DNA from: Eledone cirrhosa
Taxonomy: Eukaryota
DNA: 64,000 nt
Assembly (NCBI GenBank): GCA_964016885.1
Contig: OZ024757.1
Coordinates: 18,848,001 to 18,912,000 of the forward strand
Direction of reading: 5' to 3'
Within the stretch, counting starts at the first letter, position 1; every line of letters starts with the position of its first letter. The notes below the pieces were generated by a model, which searched no databases, was not told where the DNA came from, and saw nothing but the letters and a program-made list of their open reading frames with translations. This document shows, in pieces, positions 45,015 through 58,163 of this stretch. A program made the translations under genes and the position numbers.

Positions 45015-45580
45015 TTAACCCCTGCTTGTGTAGTTCTAAGTCTAATTTTGAGCCCTGATTGTGTAGTCCTAAATCTAAAATTGTACAGTTTTGAGCCCTG
45101 ATTGTGTGGTTCTCAATCTAAAATTGTACAGCTTTGACCCCTGCTTGCGTAGTCCTAAATCTAAAATTGTAGAGTTTTGAGCCCTGCTTATGTGGTTTTT
45201 AATCTAATTTTGTACAGTTTTGAGCCCTGCTTGTGTAGTCCTAAATTAATTTTGTACAGTTTTGAGCCCTGCTTGTGTAGTCCTAAATCTAAATTTGTAC
45301 AGTTTTGAGCCGTGATAGTGTGATTCCTAATCTAATTTTGTAGTTTTGAGCCTTGATTGTGATTCCTAATCTAATTTTGTACAGATTTGAGCCTAGCTTT
45401 TGTAGTCCTAAATCTAATTTTGTACAGTTTTGAGCCTTGATTGTGTGGCCCTAAATCTAATTTTGTATAGTTTTGAGCCCTGATTGTGTGATTCTTAATC
45501 TAGTTTTGTTCAATTTTGAGCCCTGATTGTGTGATTCTAAATCCAATTTTGTTCAGTTTTGAGCCCTAATTGTATATTTC
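45015..45580. repeat. 43-bp degenerate minisatellite, ~13 copies
   Basis: Unit TTTTGAGCCCTGATTGTGTAGTCCTAAATCTAATTTTGTACAG. Confidence 0.9.
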
Positions 45581-46437
45581 TAGTGTTTATTTTAAACATA
45601 CAAGTGTGTGTGTGTGTGTCTTTATTTGTCTATGTATAAACGTGTGTGTGTCATTGTTTGTCTATGTATAAACGTGTGTGCGTTTGTCTATGTATAAACG
45701 TATCTATTTGTATCTGTGTTTCTCTATGTGTATATGTGTTAGTCAATGCATACATGTGTGGGCGTCTCTGTCTATGTATACATGTGTGTGTGTGTGTGTG
45801 TGGTTTATAAAAAAAGTAAAAATCTCATTTCACGAGAGAAAGTGATATCTCCTTTTGCTTCTGTCGTCTAAAGAGATAAGTCAACTGCAGTTACCTCCCT
45901 TACATCTAACTGTAAAATCACGATATTGACTGACTGAATAGAATCTGGTCATTCAGTTTCTACTACCACCACCAACCACCACTACTACTACTACTACTAT
46001 CATCGCCACCACCACCACCACTACTACTACCACCACCACCACCACTACTACTGCTACTACCATCACCACCACCACTACTACTATTACTACTACTATCACC
46101 TCCACCACCACCACTACTACCACCACCACTACTACTACTACTGCTACTACCATCCCCACCACCACTACCACCACCACCACCACCACTACTACTATCACCA
46201 CCACAACTACCACCACAACCACTACTACCACCACCACCACCACCACCACCACCACCACTACTACTACTACCACCACCACTACCACTTCTACTACTACCAC
46301 CATCACCACCACTACCACCACTACTACTACCACCACAACCACTTCTACTACCACCACCACCACCACTACTACAGCTATTACCATTACCTACAGCTGAGTA
46401 AATTAGAGCAACTTGAAATAAAGTGTCTTGCTCAAGA

Positions 46438-48125
46438 AGTCATGAAAGGGTTAAGAATCATGTATTAGTTTACTTAGTAAACTTCATTAATTAATTAAAA
46501 TAGAGTATATTTCATTAGAAATACGGTCGTGAAAGGGTTAAGAATCATGTGTTAGGTTAATACTTTAGTAAATTTCATTAATTAATTAAAATAAAGTATA
46601 TTTCATTAGAAATATAGTTATAATAATAATAATAATAATGATTTCATTTATTAGCCACAAGGACCGACATATAGGGGACAATACAAAGACAACAAAATTA
46701 TTGTGTACAGTGCTCAGGAGCACTACAACTCATCAAAGGTGCATGTATAGTACATAGAATAATGTAGAAATGTCAGGAAAATGAACAGTGTATAAGTCAT
46801 GATATACATGTGTGTGTGTGTATGGAGGGGGAATATTAGGTGTAGTGTTGGCGAATCTCAGGAAGCATGGAGGTTTTAAAGGATGAAAGGGTTAAAAACC
46901 ATATGTTAGTTTACTTAGTAAACTATTAATTAATTAAAATAAAGTATATTTCATTAGAAATATGGTCTTGAAAGGGTTAAGAACCATATGTTAGTTTAAC
47001 TTAGTAAACTTTATTAATTAATTAAAATAGTATATTTCATTAGAAATATGGTCTTGAAAGGGTTAAAAACCATATGTTAGTTTACTTAGTAAACTTTATT
47101 AATTAATTAAAATAGTATGTTTCATTAAAAATATGGTCTTGAAAGGGTTAAAAACCATGTGTTAGTTTACCTAGTAAACTTTAATTAATTCAAATAAAGT
47201 ATATTTCATTAGAAATATGGTCTTGAAAGGGTTAAAAACCATATGTTAGTTTACTATAATAATAATAATGAAATTATTGTGTACAGTGCACTACAACTCA
47301 TCAAAGATGCATGTATAGTACATAGAATAATGTTAGTAAACTTTATTAATTAATTAAAATAAAGTATATTTCATTAGAAATATGGTCATGAAAGGGTTAA
47401 AAACCATACGTTAGGTTACTGTCTTAGTAAACTTTATTAATTAATTAAAATAAAATATATTTCATTAGAAGTATGGTCATGAAAGGGTTAAAAACCATAT
47501 GTTAGTCTACCTAGTAAACTTTATTAATTAATTAAAATAAAATATATTTCATTAGAAGTATGGTCATGAAAGGGTTAAAAACCATATGTTAGTCTACCTA
47601 GTAAACTTTATTAATTAATTAAAATAAAATATATTTCATTAGAAGTATGGTCATGAAAGGGTTAAAAACCATATGTTAGTCTACCTAGTAAACTTTATTA
47701 ATTAATTAAAATAAAATATATTTCATTAGAAGTCTGGTCATGAAAGGGTTAAAAACCATATGTTAGTCTACCTAGTAAACTTTATTAATTAATTAATTAA
47801 AATAAAATATATTTCATTAGAAATATGGTCATGAAAGGGTTAAGAACCATACGGTAGTTTAGTGTCTTGGTAAACTTTATTAATTAATTAAAATAAAGTA
47901 TATTTCATTAGAAATATGGTCATGAAATGGTTAAGAACCATATGTTAGTCTACCTAGTAAACTTTATTAATTAATTAATTAAAATAAAATATATTTCATT
48001 AGAAATATGGTCATGAAAGGGTTAAGAACCATACGGTAGTTTAGTGTCTTGGTAAACTTTATTAATTAATTAAAATAAAGTATATTTCATTAGAAATATG
48101 GTTATGAAAGGGTTAAGAACCATAA
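46438..48125. repeat. ~87-bp satellite interrupted by LINE tails
   Basis: Unit TTCATTAGAAATATGGTCATGAAAGGGTTAAAAACCATATG...TTAATTAATTAAAATAAAATATAT. Insertions at ~46620-46885 and ~47255-47335. Confidence 0.92.
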
Positions 48126-48528
48126 CCAGTTTAGTATTACAGAACCAAGGATAGTCTCAGACAGTTTAATATCAAAAAAGTGTATTCACAAACGTACGAC
48201 TAATTCACCATTCATCTGTCTGAAACTAAGCTCGTTTAAAAATACAGTGTAATTAGCATAATATTGACATTTGAATTAAATGAATTGGTATTAATTAGTG
48301 TGGTTCATGAGCTAAATTTGATTTATAGAATTATAAAACTGTCTTCGTCTCCAACACTTTTGTATATGTTAGAAGCCAGGGGAATATCAATTTCTAAGAT
48401 GAGATAATGAGACACTGTCCTGACCTTTAAACTACTGAAAGAATACTGATATATATACTTAATTGGGGGTTGTGTGGGGGGACCTGAGGCCCGGGATAAG
48501 GTGGGGTGGGGGTCTCTGTCTTTGTAAT

Positions 48529-48576
<48 letters not shown>

Positions 48577-48640
48577 GTTACGTATAGTGATTCATCACTT
48601 GTTTTAATCAAACCTATATATATATACACCTCTATTCTTT

Positions 48641-48710
<70 letters not shown>

Positions 48711-48999
48711 TATATATATATTCTCTACCTTTTGTCTCTGTTTCTCTTTCTCTATGCTTTATAAAGTTATAGTACTGGTGCTATGATAAAATACACCCAG
48801 TTCACTCTGTAAAGTGGTAGTGCTGGTGCGTTGATAAAATACACCCAGTACACTCTGTAAAGTGGTAGTGCTGGTGCGTTGATAAAATACACCCAGTACG
48901 CTCTGTAAATTGTTAACACCGAAGGCATGAAAAAAATGCATCCAGTACACCTTATTCGGTGGTTGGCATAATGAAGGGTCTCAAAAAAAAAAGCCTAAA

Positions 49000-49280
49000 G
49001 TCTGTCTCGAGCTCAGAGGCTCATCAGGTGAATGCTTATCCCGGTTTCTGTGGCATGAAGTGACTGAGAGTACAAGACTCCCCCCTGGACAAGACGCCCG
49101 TCCATCGCAAGGTTAAATCTCCCAGCTATTGCTGGTACTCATTTTCGGTTTAGTATATTGGAGTAACGTGAAATGAAGTGTCTTGCTCAAGTACACAACA
49201 TGCAAAACAGCCCAGGAATCGAGCCCACGACATTATGATCGTAAGTCCAACACCCTTACCACTAGGCCACGTGCCTCCAC
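49000..49280 (-). mobile_element. Different tRNA/CORE-type SINE
   Basis: Minus-strand head GGAGGCACGTGGCCTAGTGGTAAGGGTG..GGCTCGATTCC followed by GTACTTGAGCAAGACACTT, with a distinct 3' part. Confidence 0.7.
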
Positions 49281-49705
49281 ATAAGGAGGGGCACCTGTGT
49301 GAAAAATATGTGTATTTATCTCTCTCGGGTCATTAATCAGGGGACAGAACTGTTGTTAGCTTAGTTTCTAACATATGCTGTAAGACTGACTGACTGTAAT
49401 AATTTATGGTGACCAGTCAGAGCAGAGTAGTGTGTGTGTGTGTGTGTCTGTGTGTATATTGTTACCATTAATGTATATCCATTGTCAATGGTGGTGGATT
49501 GGCAGTATTGGTAGAGGGTTAGACGCCATGCTTTGACGTATAGAGTTACGGCCCTTGCCATTCTGAGTTCAAATCCCGCCAAGGTTAACTTTGCCTTTCA
49601 TCCTTACGGGGTCGATAAAATAAAGTACCAGTAATGCACTGGGGAAATTGCTGGCCTTGTGCCAAACGTAGAAACAATTAATGTATATCTATTGTCTGTG
49701 AGCAC

Positions 49706-49800
<95 letters not shown>

Positions 49801-49825
49801 CACACACATACATACATACATTATA

Positions 49826-50215
49826 TGAGGGCAATCCCAAAAGTAAGGTCTCCTTCCAATATTGCAACTTTTCCATTAAAATCCTGTGGATGGTGCTTCG
49901 GGAAACCTCAGGAACCAAAATGCAGAGAGCACCCAGAGTGATCCGTCGATCTTTACGCATGTTTTCCTCGGAAGGAGACCTTACTTTTGGGATTGCCCTC
50001 GTATATAATAACTGCGCGAAATTCGCACTTGGCGGTAGCATTCAACGGGAGCTCCATTCTCAACGGCAACCAAGCCAAGATTGAGCATCCCAGCGAAGCG
50101 AGTGCATGCTTGTTTGGGAGTGAAGGAAGCACCAATCACAACAGTGTTGCCAACAGCCGTACGAACAGTTTCTCTGCATCCCCATCGCTTTGGAGACCTT
50201 ACTTTTGGGATTACC

Positions 50216-50219
<4 letters not shown>
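49826..50219 (-). mobile_element. Mariner-family relic with three TIRs and transposase fragments
   Basis: TIR (C/T)GAGGG(C/T)AATCCCAAAAGTAAGGTCTCC at 49826, inverted copies ending at 50001 and 50219, each flanked by TA. Fragments read MELPLNATAKCEFRAVI (ATG at 50057) and RKDRRITLGALCILVPEVSRSTIHRILMEKLQYWK (HTH-like). Confidence 0.85.
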
Positions 50220-50260
<41 letters not shown>

Positions 50261-50847
50261 AGTCGATCGACTTTCGTCAAATCGGACCGAGGAAACAATG
50301 TTTCCATGGGTCTTTCCAATTGCTAATACTATCTATCGGTCGCAACTCCAGGTAGAAGGAGCAACGTGAAATAAAGTGTCTTGCTCAATGACATAACGCA
50401 AAACCCGGTCTGGGAATGGAACTCACAACCTCACAATTGTGAATGCAATTCTCTTACCACTCAGCCACGCACCTTTACAATATCATCATCATCATCATCA
50501 TCATCATTTTACGTCCACTTTTCCCTGCTTGCAAGGGTGGGACGGGAACTGATTCTGGCTTGATTTCTACAGCTGGATGCCCTTCCTAACACCAACCTCA
50601 TTTACAGTGAGTGCTGGGTGCTTTTTTGCAGTGGCACCTCCATGACCACTTTGCAGTGGTATGATAGGGACCCCTGTCCCTATCATCTCATTTCTACAGC
50701 TGAGTAAACTGGAGCAATGTGAAATAAAGTGTCTTGCTCAAGGAAACAACACATCACCCGGTCTGAGAATTGAACTCACAACCTTTCAATTGCAAAGTCA
50801 ATGCTCTAACCACTAAGCCATATGCCTTCATAAAATGGCAATTATTA

Positions 50848-50920
50848 TGACCACAACGAGACTCGAACTCGCAATCTTCTGATTCGATGTCAGACGCCTT
50901 ATCCATTAGGCAACGCGGCC
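50848..50920 (-). tRNA. tRNA-Arg(TCG)-like, probably a pseudogene
   Basis: Minus strand reads GGCCGCGTTGCCTAATGGATAAGGCGTCTGACATCGAATCAGAAGATTGCGAGTTCGAGTCTCGTTGTGGTCA. It folds as a full cloverleaf with anticodon TCG, but has A at invariant U33 and several G-U pairs in the acceptor stem. Confidence 0.85.
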
Positions 50921-50922
50921 GA

Positions 50923-50990
<68 letters not shown>

Positions 50991-53109
50991 AAAGTTTTAT
51001 TTAAAATTGTTGGGTTACAACGAGTAAATATTTTATAACTGATATAAAAGCACTCAACAAGTTTTGGAGTATTTTACGATATTAAACAAATGGAAACTAC
51101 ATTTATAAAACCATATTTATTTCATTATATATGAAATAAATATGGTTTTATAAATATAGTTTCCATTTGTTTAATATCGTATATATATATATATATAATT
51201 CAAGAAATAAGAGTAACATGGTTGGCTGTACAATAGGAGCTTTATTCACAGTGCTGACAATTGTTTCGTTGATCTGGTCGGTCTAGAGCTCGCTAATCAC
51301 TCGGTGTTGCGTAACCTACAAAGAAATCACTGCGAACTTGCTGCATCACTATGGAAGCGTCTTGTTGAGTCAAACTTAGCCATACGTTAAAACCATCCAC
51401 AACACAGAGTTCCCTAACTGGACTGCCTCTAAGTGGATTACCTACAACGATAACTTGTTAACCCGTATATATATAAGTATGTATACGTACATACATATAT
51501 GTATACAGACGTACAGTAGTATGTATATATATACATATATGCACACATATATATATGTACGTATGGACTACTGTACGTCTGTATACATATATGTATGTAC
51601 GTGTACATACTTATATTTAAGTAACAGCCGTACTAAGAGTGAGAAATGAAATTTCGTTTCATTTTTTCCGTTTATCGTTTTCGGTGCGCCCGGCCGATTA
51701 ACTCACTCGATATGCAAATTAGGCTGCTCAGCCATTAATATGCATAAGGAAAGTATATACGTTCAGACGTTCAATCATCTGGCAGGAAGGCATACGTTGC
51801 TGACGATAGCTAATAAGCTTCAAACTAGTACATCGTTCCTTTGTCAGGGTTGAACAAATGAGCAACGATGGTTGCTAGACACTATTCGGCTTAATTCGGG
51901 ATGTTTGTTTACAAACACACCGAGCATTATAATAAATGTTCGGTAAATCCATACGTACATATATATATGTGTGCATGTATGTATATATATATACATACTA
52001 CTGTACGTCTGTATACATATATGTATGTACGTATACATACTTATATTTAAATAACAGCCGTACTAAGAGTGAGAAATGAAATTTTGTTTCATTTTTTCCG
52101 TTTATATATATATATATCATCATCATCATCATTTCATTTTACATCCACTTTTCCCTGCTTGCAAGGGTGGGACGGGAACTGATTCTGGCTTGATTTCTAC
52201 AGCTGGATGCCCTTCCTAACACCAACCTCATTTACAGTGAGTGCTGGGTGCTTTTTTGCCGTGACACCTCCACGACCACTTTGCAGTGGAATGATATGGA
52301 CCCCAGTCCCTATCATCTCATTTCTACAGCTGATTAAACTGGAGCAATGTGAAATAAAGTGTCTTGCTCAAGGAAATAACACATCACCCGGTCTGAGAAT
52401 TGAACTCACAACCTTTCGATTGCAAGGCCAATGCTCTAACCACTAAGCCATGTGCCTCCATGTATATATATATACTTCTCCCCTCTTGTCTCCCCTTCTC
52501 CCCTCTTGTCTCCCCTTCTCCCTCTTCCTTCTCTTCTATTTTCATCTACACTTTTGTCACCTCTAACACCACCATCGCCGCCACACTTAACTGAGATAAA
52601 CATACAACAACAACAATAACAACAACACTATTGTATTGACATCACAACAAGGGAGCAACTGTTTTTGAAGATCTGTGTTAATCACATTCATACACATGTC
52701 CTGGATTGAGGGTAGAGAGAGAGGGGTGCGGGGTGAGAGAGAAAGGAAGGTCGAGTGAGAGATAGAGGGCGGTAGAGTAAGGGAGAGAGAGGGTAGAGTG
52801 AGGAAGGTCGAGTGAGATAGAGAGAGGGTTGAGTAATAGAGATGGAGTAGAGAGAGAGAGAGAGAGAAGCCCCTCCCCATACCAGGGGGTATATTTTATC
52901 AAAGATCTGTACCAGGTCTAACAAGGATGAATATATTTCTCTCATAACTTCACATGAATGGGGCCATTGTTATTGTTGAATTTAATACCATTATTATTAA
53001 TAATATTGTGGGTCGGACGCCATGCTTTGCAGCATAGAGTTATGGCCCTTTACGTTCTGAGTTAAAATCCTGCCGAGGTTAACTTTGTCTTTCATTCTGG
53101 TGATGGTGA

Positions 53110-53330
53110 GCCCTTCCACCCTTCCCCCAATCTCACCCACACTTCCCCCCAATCTCACCCACCCTTCCCCCCAATATCACCCACCCTTCCACCAATCTCA
53201 CCCACCCTTCCACCAATCTCACCCACCCTTCCACCAATCTCACCCACCCTTCCACCAATCTCACCCACGCTTCCACCAATCTCACCCACCCTTCCCCCAA
53301 TATCACCCACCCTTCCACCACCAATCTCAG
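53110..53330. repeat. 21-bp minisatellite, ~10 copies
   Basis: Unit CCAATCTCACCCACCCTTCCA. Confidence 0.9.
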
Positions 53331-53568
53331 AAGACCTAAAGGGAGATACAGGGTACAGACGTTCCCTCCCCTCGCTCCTTGACTATAAATACATGCTGTT
53401 ATATATGTTTATATATAGGAACAGGAATTGCATTATTTTATTAATATCAGTTGTAACTATTCTGACGGCTGTGAGAGCAAAGAGCAGAATATCTCGTATA
53501 CGTGTTTATATTTGTATGTATGTTGTGCATGTGTATATATATATGTGTGTGAGCATATATATATATAT

Positions 53569-53920
53569 GGAGGCACATGGCTTAGTGGTTAGAGCAATGG
53601 ACTGGCAATTGAAAGGTTGTGAGTTCAATTCTCAGACCAGGTGATGTGTTGTTTCCTTGAGCAAGACACTTTATTTCACATTGCTCCAGTTTACTCAGCT
53701 GTAGAAATGAGATGATAGGGACTGGGGTCCCTATCATTCCACTGCAAAGTGGTCGTGGAGGTGCCACGGCAAAAAAGCACCCAGCACTCACTGTAAATGA
53801 GGTTGGTGTTAGGAAGGGCATCCAGCTGTAGAAATCAAGCCAGCATCAGTTCCCGTCCCACCCTTGCAAGCAGGGAAAAGCGGACGTAAAATGAAATGAT
53901 GATGATGATGATGATGATGA
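53569..53920 (+). mobile_element. tRNA-derived CORE-type SINE (~340 bp), representative copy
   Basis: Head GGAGGCACATGGCTTAGTGGTTAGAGC..GTTCAATTC (A and B boxes), CORE-like TCCTTGAGCAAGACACTT, and (GAT)n tail. Other copies: 1615-1959(-), 5485-5828(+), 13566-13897(-), 18556-18888(+), 19229-19532(+), 20707-21900(+, three tandem), 26770-27162(-), 50480-50829(-), 52117-52459(-). Confidence 0.9.
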
Positions 53921-53925
53921 TATAT

Positions 53926-54261
53926 ATAGTGACGAAACATAAGTCAATTGCATGAACTCATAATCCTTTATTTACTGCTATATATATTTCGATGATAGCC
54001 ATTGAATAGCTATGACCTCATCAGGAAGTTAGTCAATTCTTAGATATGCCAGCTCTGTGTTTATAGTGTTGATGGTATCAGAGCCGTGGGACATATCCCA
54101 AGGCTCTGATACCATCAACACTATAAACACAGAGCTGGCATATCTAAGAACTGACTAACTGCCTGATGAGGTCATAGCTATTCAATGGCTATCATCGAAA
54201 TATATATAGCAGTAAATAAAGGATTATGAGTTCATGCAATTGACTTATATTTCGTCACTAT
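53926..54261. repeat. Inverted repeat, arms ~165 bp
   Basis: ATAGTGACGAAACATAAGTCAATTG... pairs with ...CAATTGACTTATATTTCGTCACTAT; centre ~54093. Confidence 0.95.
54158..54213 (+). ncRNA. Minimal type I hammerhead ribozyme (antisense copy ~53974-54030 in the hairpin)
   Basis: ACTGC-CTGATGA-[GGTCATAGCT..GGCTATCATC]-GAAA-TATATA-TA-GCAGT. Stem I ACTGC/GCAGT, palindromic stem III, cleavage triplet AUA. Confidence 0.85.
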
Positions 54262-55205
54262 TATAACTCCGGAACTTATATCTTCGTTGAGTGCTTCCTA
54301 TCCGCATACTGAAGTACTGGATTTTACCAACACTTACTTTCTTGCTTATATATATATATATACAAGCAGGGAAAAGCGGATGTAAAATGGTGACGACGAT
54401 GATGATGATATATATATATATGAAAAATAGAAAAAGTATATATATATATATGTATGTGTATATATATATATATATATGAAAACGGAGAAAAAGACGATTA
54501 TTAGGAAGAAAAATTTTTTTTTTCCTTTTTATTTGTTTCTCTCTTTTTTTCTGGGTTAGAAAATGACTAAAACGAAATATATATATATACATACACACAC
54601 ACACGTATATACATATATATATATATACACACACATGCACGTCACTTGTATATGTGTGTATATATATATATACACACACACTTGCACATAGTCACTCTTT
54701 ATATATATGTGCATGATATATGTATTTATATATATGTATGTATGTATATATATATGTATATATATATACATACGTATATATATATGTATATATATGTACG
54801 GGAGAGATGACCCCTTAGCCTTTGTCAAGGCAGAATTCTAGGAGAAGGAAAACTCTGATATAACACCTGCAACTCTGATGGTATCCAATGATGTTGACTT
54901 GTTCTTCTTTTTGGTAAATATCATCTTGGTTAAGAGAGTGGGACTGGCTTTGTGCAGTGCCTTTGCTCACTATAAAAGCTTCACGGCACAGGCATTGCTT
55001 TATATCTGGAGATCTCTCTGCACTTGTCACATGGTACCATGGGCCCAGCACTATGTGTCAATAATTGTCACAAGTGTAGTGTCTGTACCAGAGTTTTCAA
55101 GTCGCTGGCTGGACTAAAAAGTCACACTCGTTCAGCCCATCGGTAGGGGTTCTCCTACATGGATATAAAGTAGTGGCCGTACTCGAAAACGAGTTGGCAG
55201 CCACC

Positions 55206-55239
<34 letters not shown>

Positions 55240-55245
<6 letters not shown>

Positions 55246-56650
55246 TTATTAAAATAACAGATTAAAGTTTAAGCAAAGAATCGCTGCTTTCACCCTTAAC
55301 GGGATCTTCTGAAACTAACAAAGTCAATCTGTAAACGCAGAAGTGGATATTTCAAAAAATGTTGCAACCGGAGGAAGACAGGAAGACGATACTTTGGTTC
55401 GTGGAAACGTTCCCTGGCAAAGAACGGCAAAAAACGAATATAATACATCATTAATAGGAGCGGTGAAAAACAATTACACGCAAAGACAGAACCACGTTTA
55501 TGGTATAAAAGAAGTCGTAGACTAATGTTCTCTTAGGTGGTTCATAGAGACGTTCTCTGGCAATGAACGGAAAAAACGAAGATAATACGTCCTATGTGGA
55601 GTGTGGAGAACAATTGCACGCAAAGACAAAACCACGTAAGTGGTATAGCAGAAGTCGTAGACTAAAATTCTAACTAGGAGACCGAATGAATCTCCGCTTC
55701 AGAGTTAAGAATAAAGTAAATAAATACAATACAGAGGTGATAGAAAATAAATAAATATATATACGCATGCAAATATGTACATACACAAGCATATGCGAAA
55801 ACACTCGCCATAGGTATACAAAACCACGCACATATAAATATGTGTGTGTGTGTGTATGTGCGTGTATACAAATATATAAATAATTAAATAAACGTATATA
55901 AATAAATAAATACGTATATAACAAGCGCACACACATACCTACATGTAAATACACAAATGTTCGGAGACGACGTCAACCAAAACATGAAATACACAATACA
56001 CACCCCATACATACGTACGAACCTGCATACTCACACAGACGCAAAACTCCCGTATACGCATAACCAAACCATATGTACCAAAAAATTATACGCCATAACA
56101 TATACAATCAAATATACATACGAGAAAGTATACGTACCTTCACAAAACATACAGGTAATATATACTTACCTATGCAAATAAGTAAAGGAATAAACAAAAC
56201 ATATACTTAGCTCCCACATCAAGACATAAAATATTCGCGTATAGATCGTACTATCCGTTAGGGTATAATATGGGGCTGTAATACAGGAAAGTTTTGTGCA
56301 ATTTATGTTTACAAGCCGAAATTGCCTCAGATTTTTTGTTTAAGATGTGGTCTGTGGCGTAGAGTATTTCCAGGGCCTCAGCAGTGCAGAGGTCACATGG
56401 TCTTTTATTACCGTTATACGATCGAGCCCCAGCTAGGATCTCCCAGTGTAACTTATATTGGGTGTGGTTGTCTTTTAGACTCCAGATATAAGCTGAAAGT
56501 GACGTCATATTCCTTCTTAGAGGGTAACGAAAAGAATGGGTATGCATGTAAAGACGCTGCTTGAATCTATTGGCGGTTAACCCTATGTAGGCCCTACGGG
56601 ACGTGGGTGTTTCAACCTTACATTTGTAGACAATGTTACTAGAGAGGGAT
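55240..56650 (-). mobile_element. 5'-truncated Penelope-like retroelement: GIY-YIG endonuclease C-terminus plus 3' pseudo-LTR region
   Basis: 56649-56251 reads SSNIVYKCKVETPTSRRAYIGLTANRFKQRLYMHTHSF...LSAYIWSLK...WEIL...CDLCTAEALEI...LNKKSE...CKH (IVY-YIG plus conserved R, H, E, N). There is a ~140-bp direct repeat at 55400-55665 and a degenerate HHR at ~55280-55320. (TA)n flanks both sides. Confidence 0.85.
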
Positions 56651-56656
56651 TATTAC

Positions 56657-56690
<34 letters not shown>

Positions 56691-56752
56691 ATACATTGAG
56701 TATAGATGGCTCAACTGGCATACCGCCTATGGAAGCATCTTAGCTACCATCA

Positions 56753-56794
<42 letters not shown>

Positions 56795-57425
56795 TACAAA
56801 TATTAATAAAATAGATGTTCTTTTGATCAATTACATTTTATTATACATATTTCAGAGGTACAACAGTACGTCCTCATCAGACAAAATATAATGATACATG
56901 ACATACCCTGAGATGTTAAATGGTTAAGATTTAATCAAGGTAGTGTAAAATCTACCAATCTACTGTAAAACTTATTCTTTGGTGTACTCATTGAATCTTG
57001 TTTAACTCTTTAATATATATATATTTCTATTGTTACTTTGGTGTGTTAGATTTTGCCTACCACAATGTTCGTTTGTCAAGCTATTTAAACGTATGTTATT
57101 ACTCTAAGGACCTACCTTATCAAGTGCTTTGCTAACTCATCATTTTATATAAGTAGGCCGAATTTGCTTGCAAACTGCCAGAGATTCGATTTTACTAAAT
57201 TTCCAATTATATATATATATATAACAACTAGAAATTGATTAACATATAAATAAACATATGAAACAATCACAGGGGATAATTTTTACAAGTGTGCAAGCAC
57301 ACATAGCTAGCTAGGTAACTAAATAAAGTTAACTGACAGTTTTTTGACACCCATAGTTAACTAACAGTTAATTGACACCCGTAATTTTGATTTAGATTAA
57401 ATTCACTTTGATTTATCTTAATTTT

Positions 57426-57467
<42 letters not shown>

Positions 57468-57475
<8 letters not shown>

Positions 57476-57772
57476 AGAACAGAAGATGGTTAAAGGAGTT
57501 CCATGTATTTTATTATGCGCATTTCAAAAACAAACATCATCATGCAATAATATTTGTGTTTTCATCAGATAAAACAGGAGGATATGATATGAAGGCTAAA
57601 AAACACTTGTGGATAGTGCAGTTTTAAATCAACATATTTTTTAGCCTTCATATCATGTTCTCCTGTTTTATCTGATGAAAACACAAATATTATTGCATGA
57701 TGATGTTTGTTTTTGAAATGCGCATAATAAAATACATGGAACTCCTTTAACCATCTTCTGTTCTTATATATT
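57468..57772. repeat. Inverted repeat, arms ~130 bp
   Basis: TATAAGAACAGAAGATGG... pairs with ...CCATCTTCTGTTCTTATA; centre ~57615. Confidence 0.95.
57666..57732 (+). ncRNA. Minimal hammerhead ribozyme (mirror at 57508-57574; family copy 27698-27765 on -)
   Basis: TTTTAT-CTGATGA-long stem II-GAAA-TGCGCA-TA-ATAAAA, with palindromic stem III ATGCGCAT. Confidence 0.8.
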
Positions 57773-58124
57773 ATGTATACTCCAGTCCTACAAACTGTAG
57801 AGTGCTTCTTATCCGATATCTGCATTGCTTTATTGTACTACAATAAAACTCACCTCCTACATTATATATATATATCATCATCATCATCATCATCAACGTT
57901 TAACGTCCGTGTTCCACGCTTGCATGGGTTTGGACGGGGGTAGTCCCACTTGAGGCAAGAGGGATTTTCTTGCTCGCATAGGACTGTCTGGCAGGTTTTC
58001 TACAGTTGGATGCCCTTCCTAACACCAACCACATTTACAGTGTGGGGCTGGGAGGTTTTTACCGTGTTGCCTACACGGCCACATTACAGCGTGGACTGTG
58101 TGTTTTTTTGTCGTGACACCTACA

Positions 58125-58163
<39 letters not shown>

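Noticed and set aside
52207-52446. Recurrent ORF MPFLTPTSFTVSAGCFF... seen at several loci
   Set aside because: It is the antisense translation of the CORE-type SINE, not a gene family.
53569-53640. SINE heads as tRNA genes
   Set aside because: They have A and B boxes but no proper acceptor stem and continue into SINE bodies.
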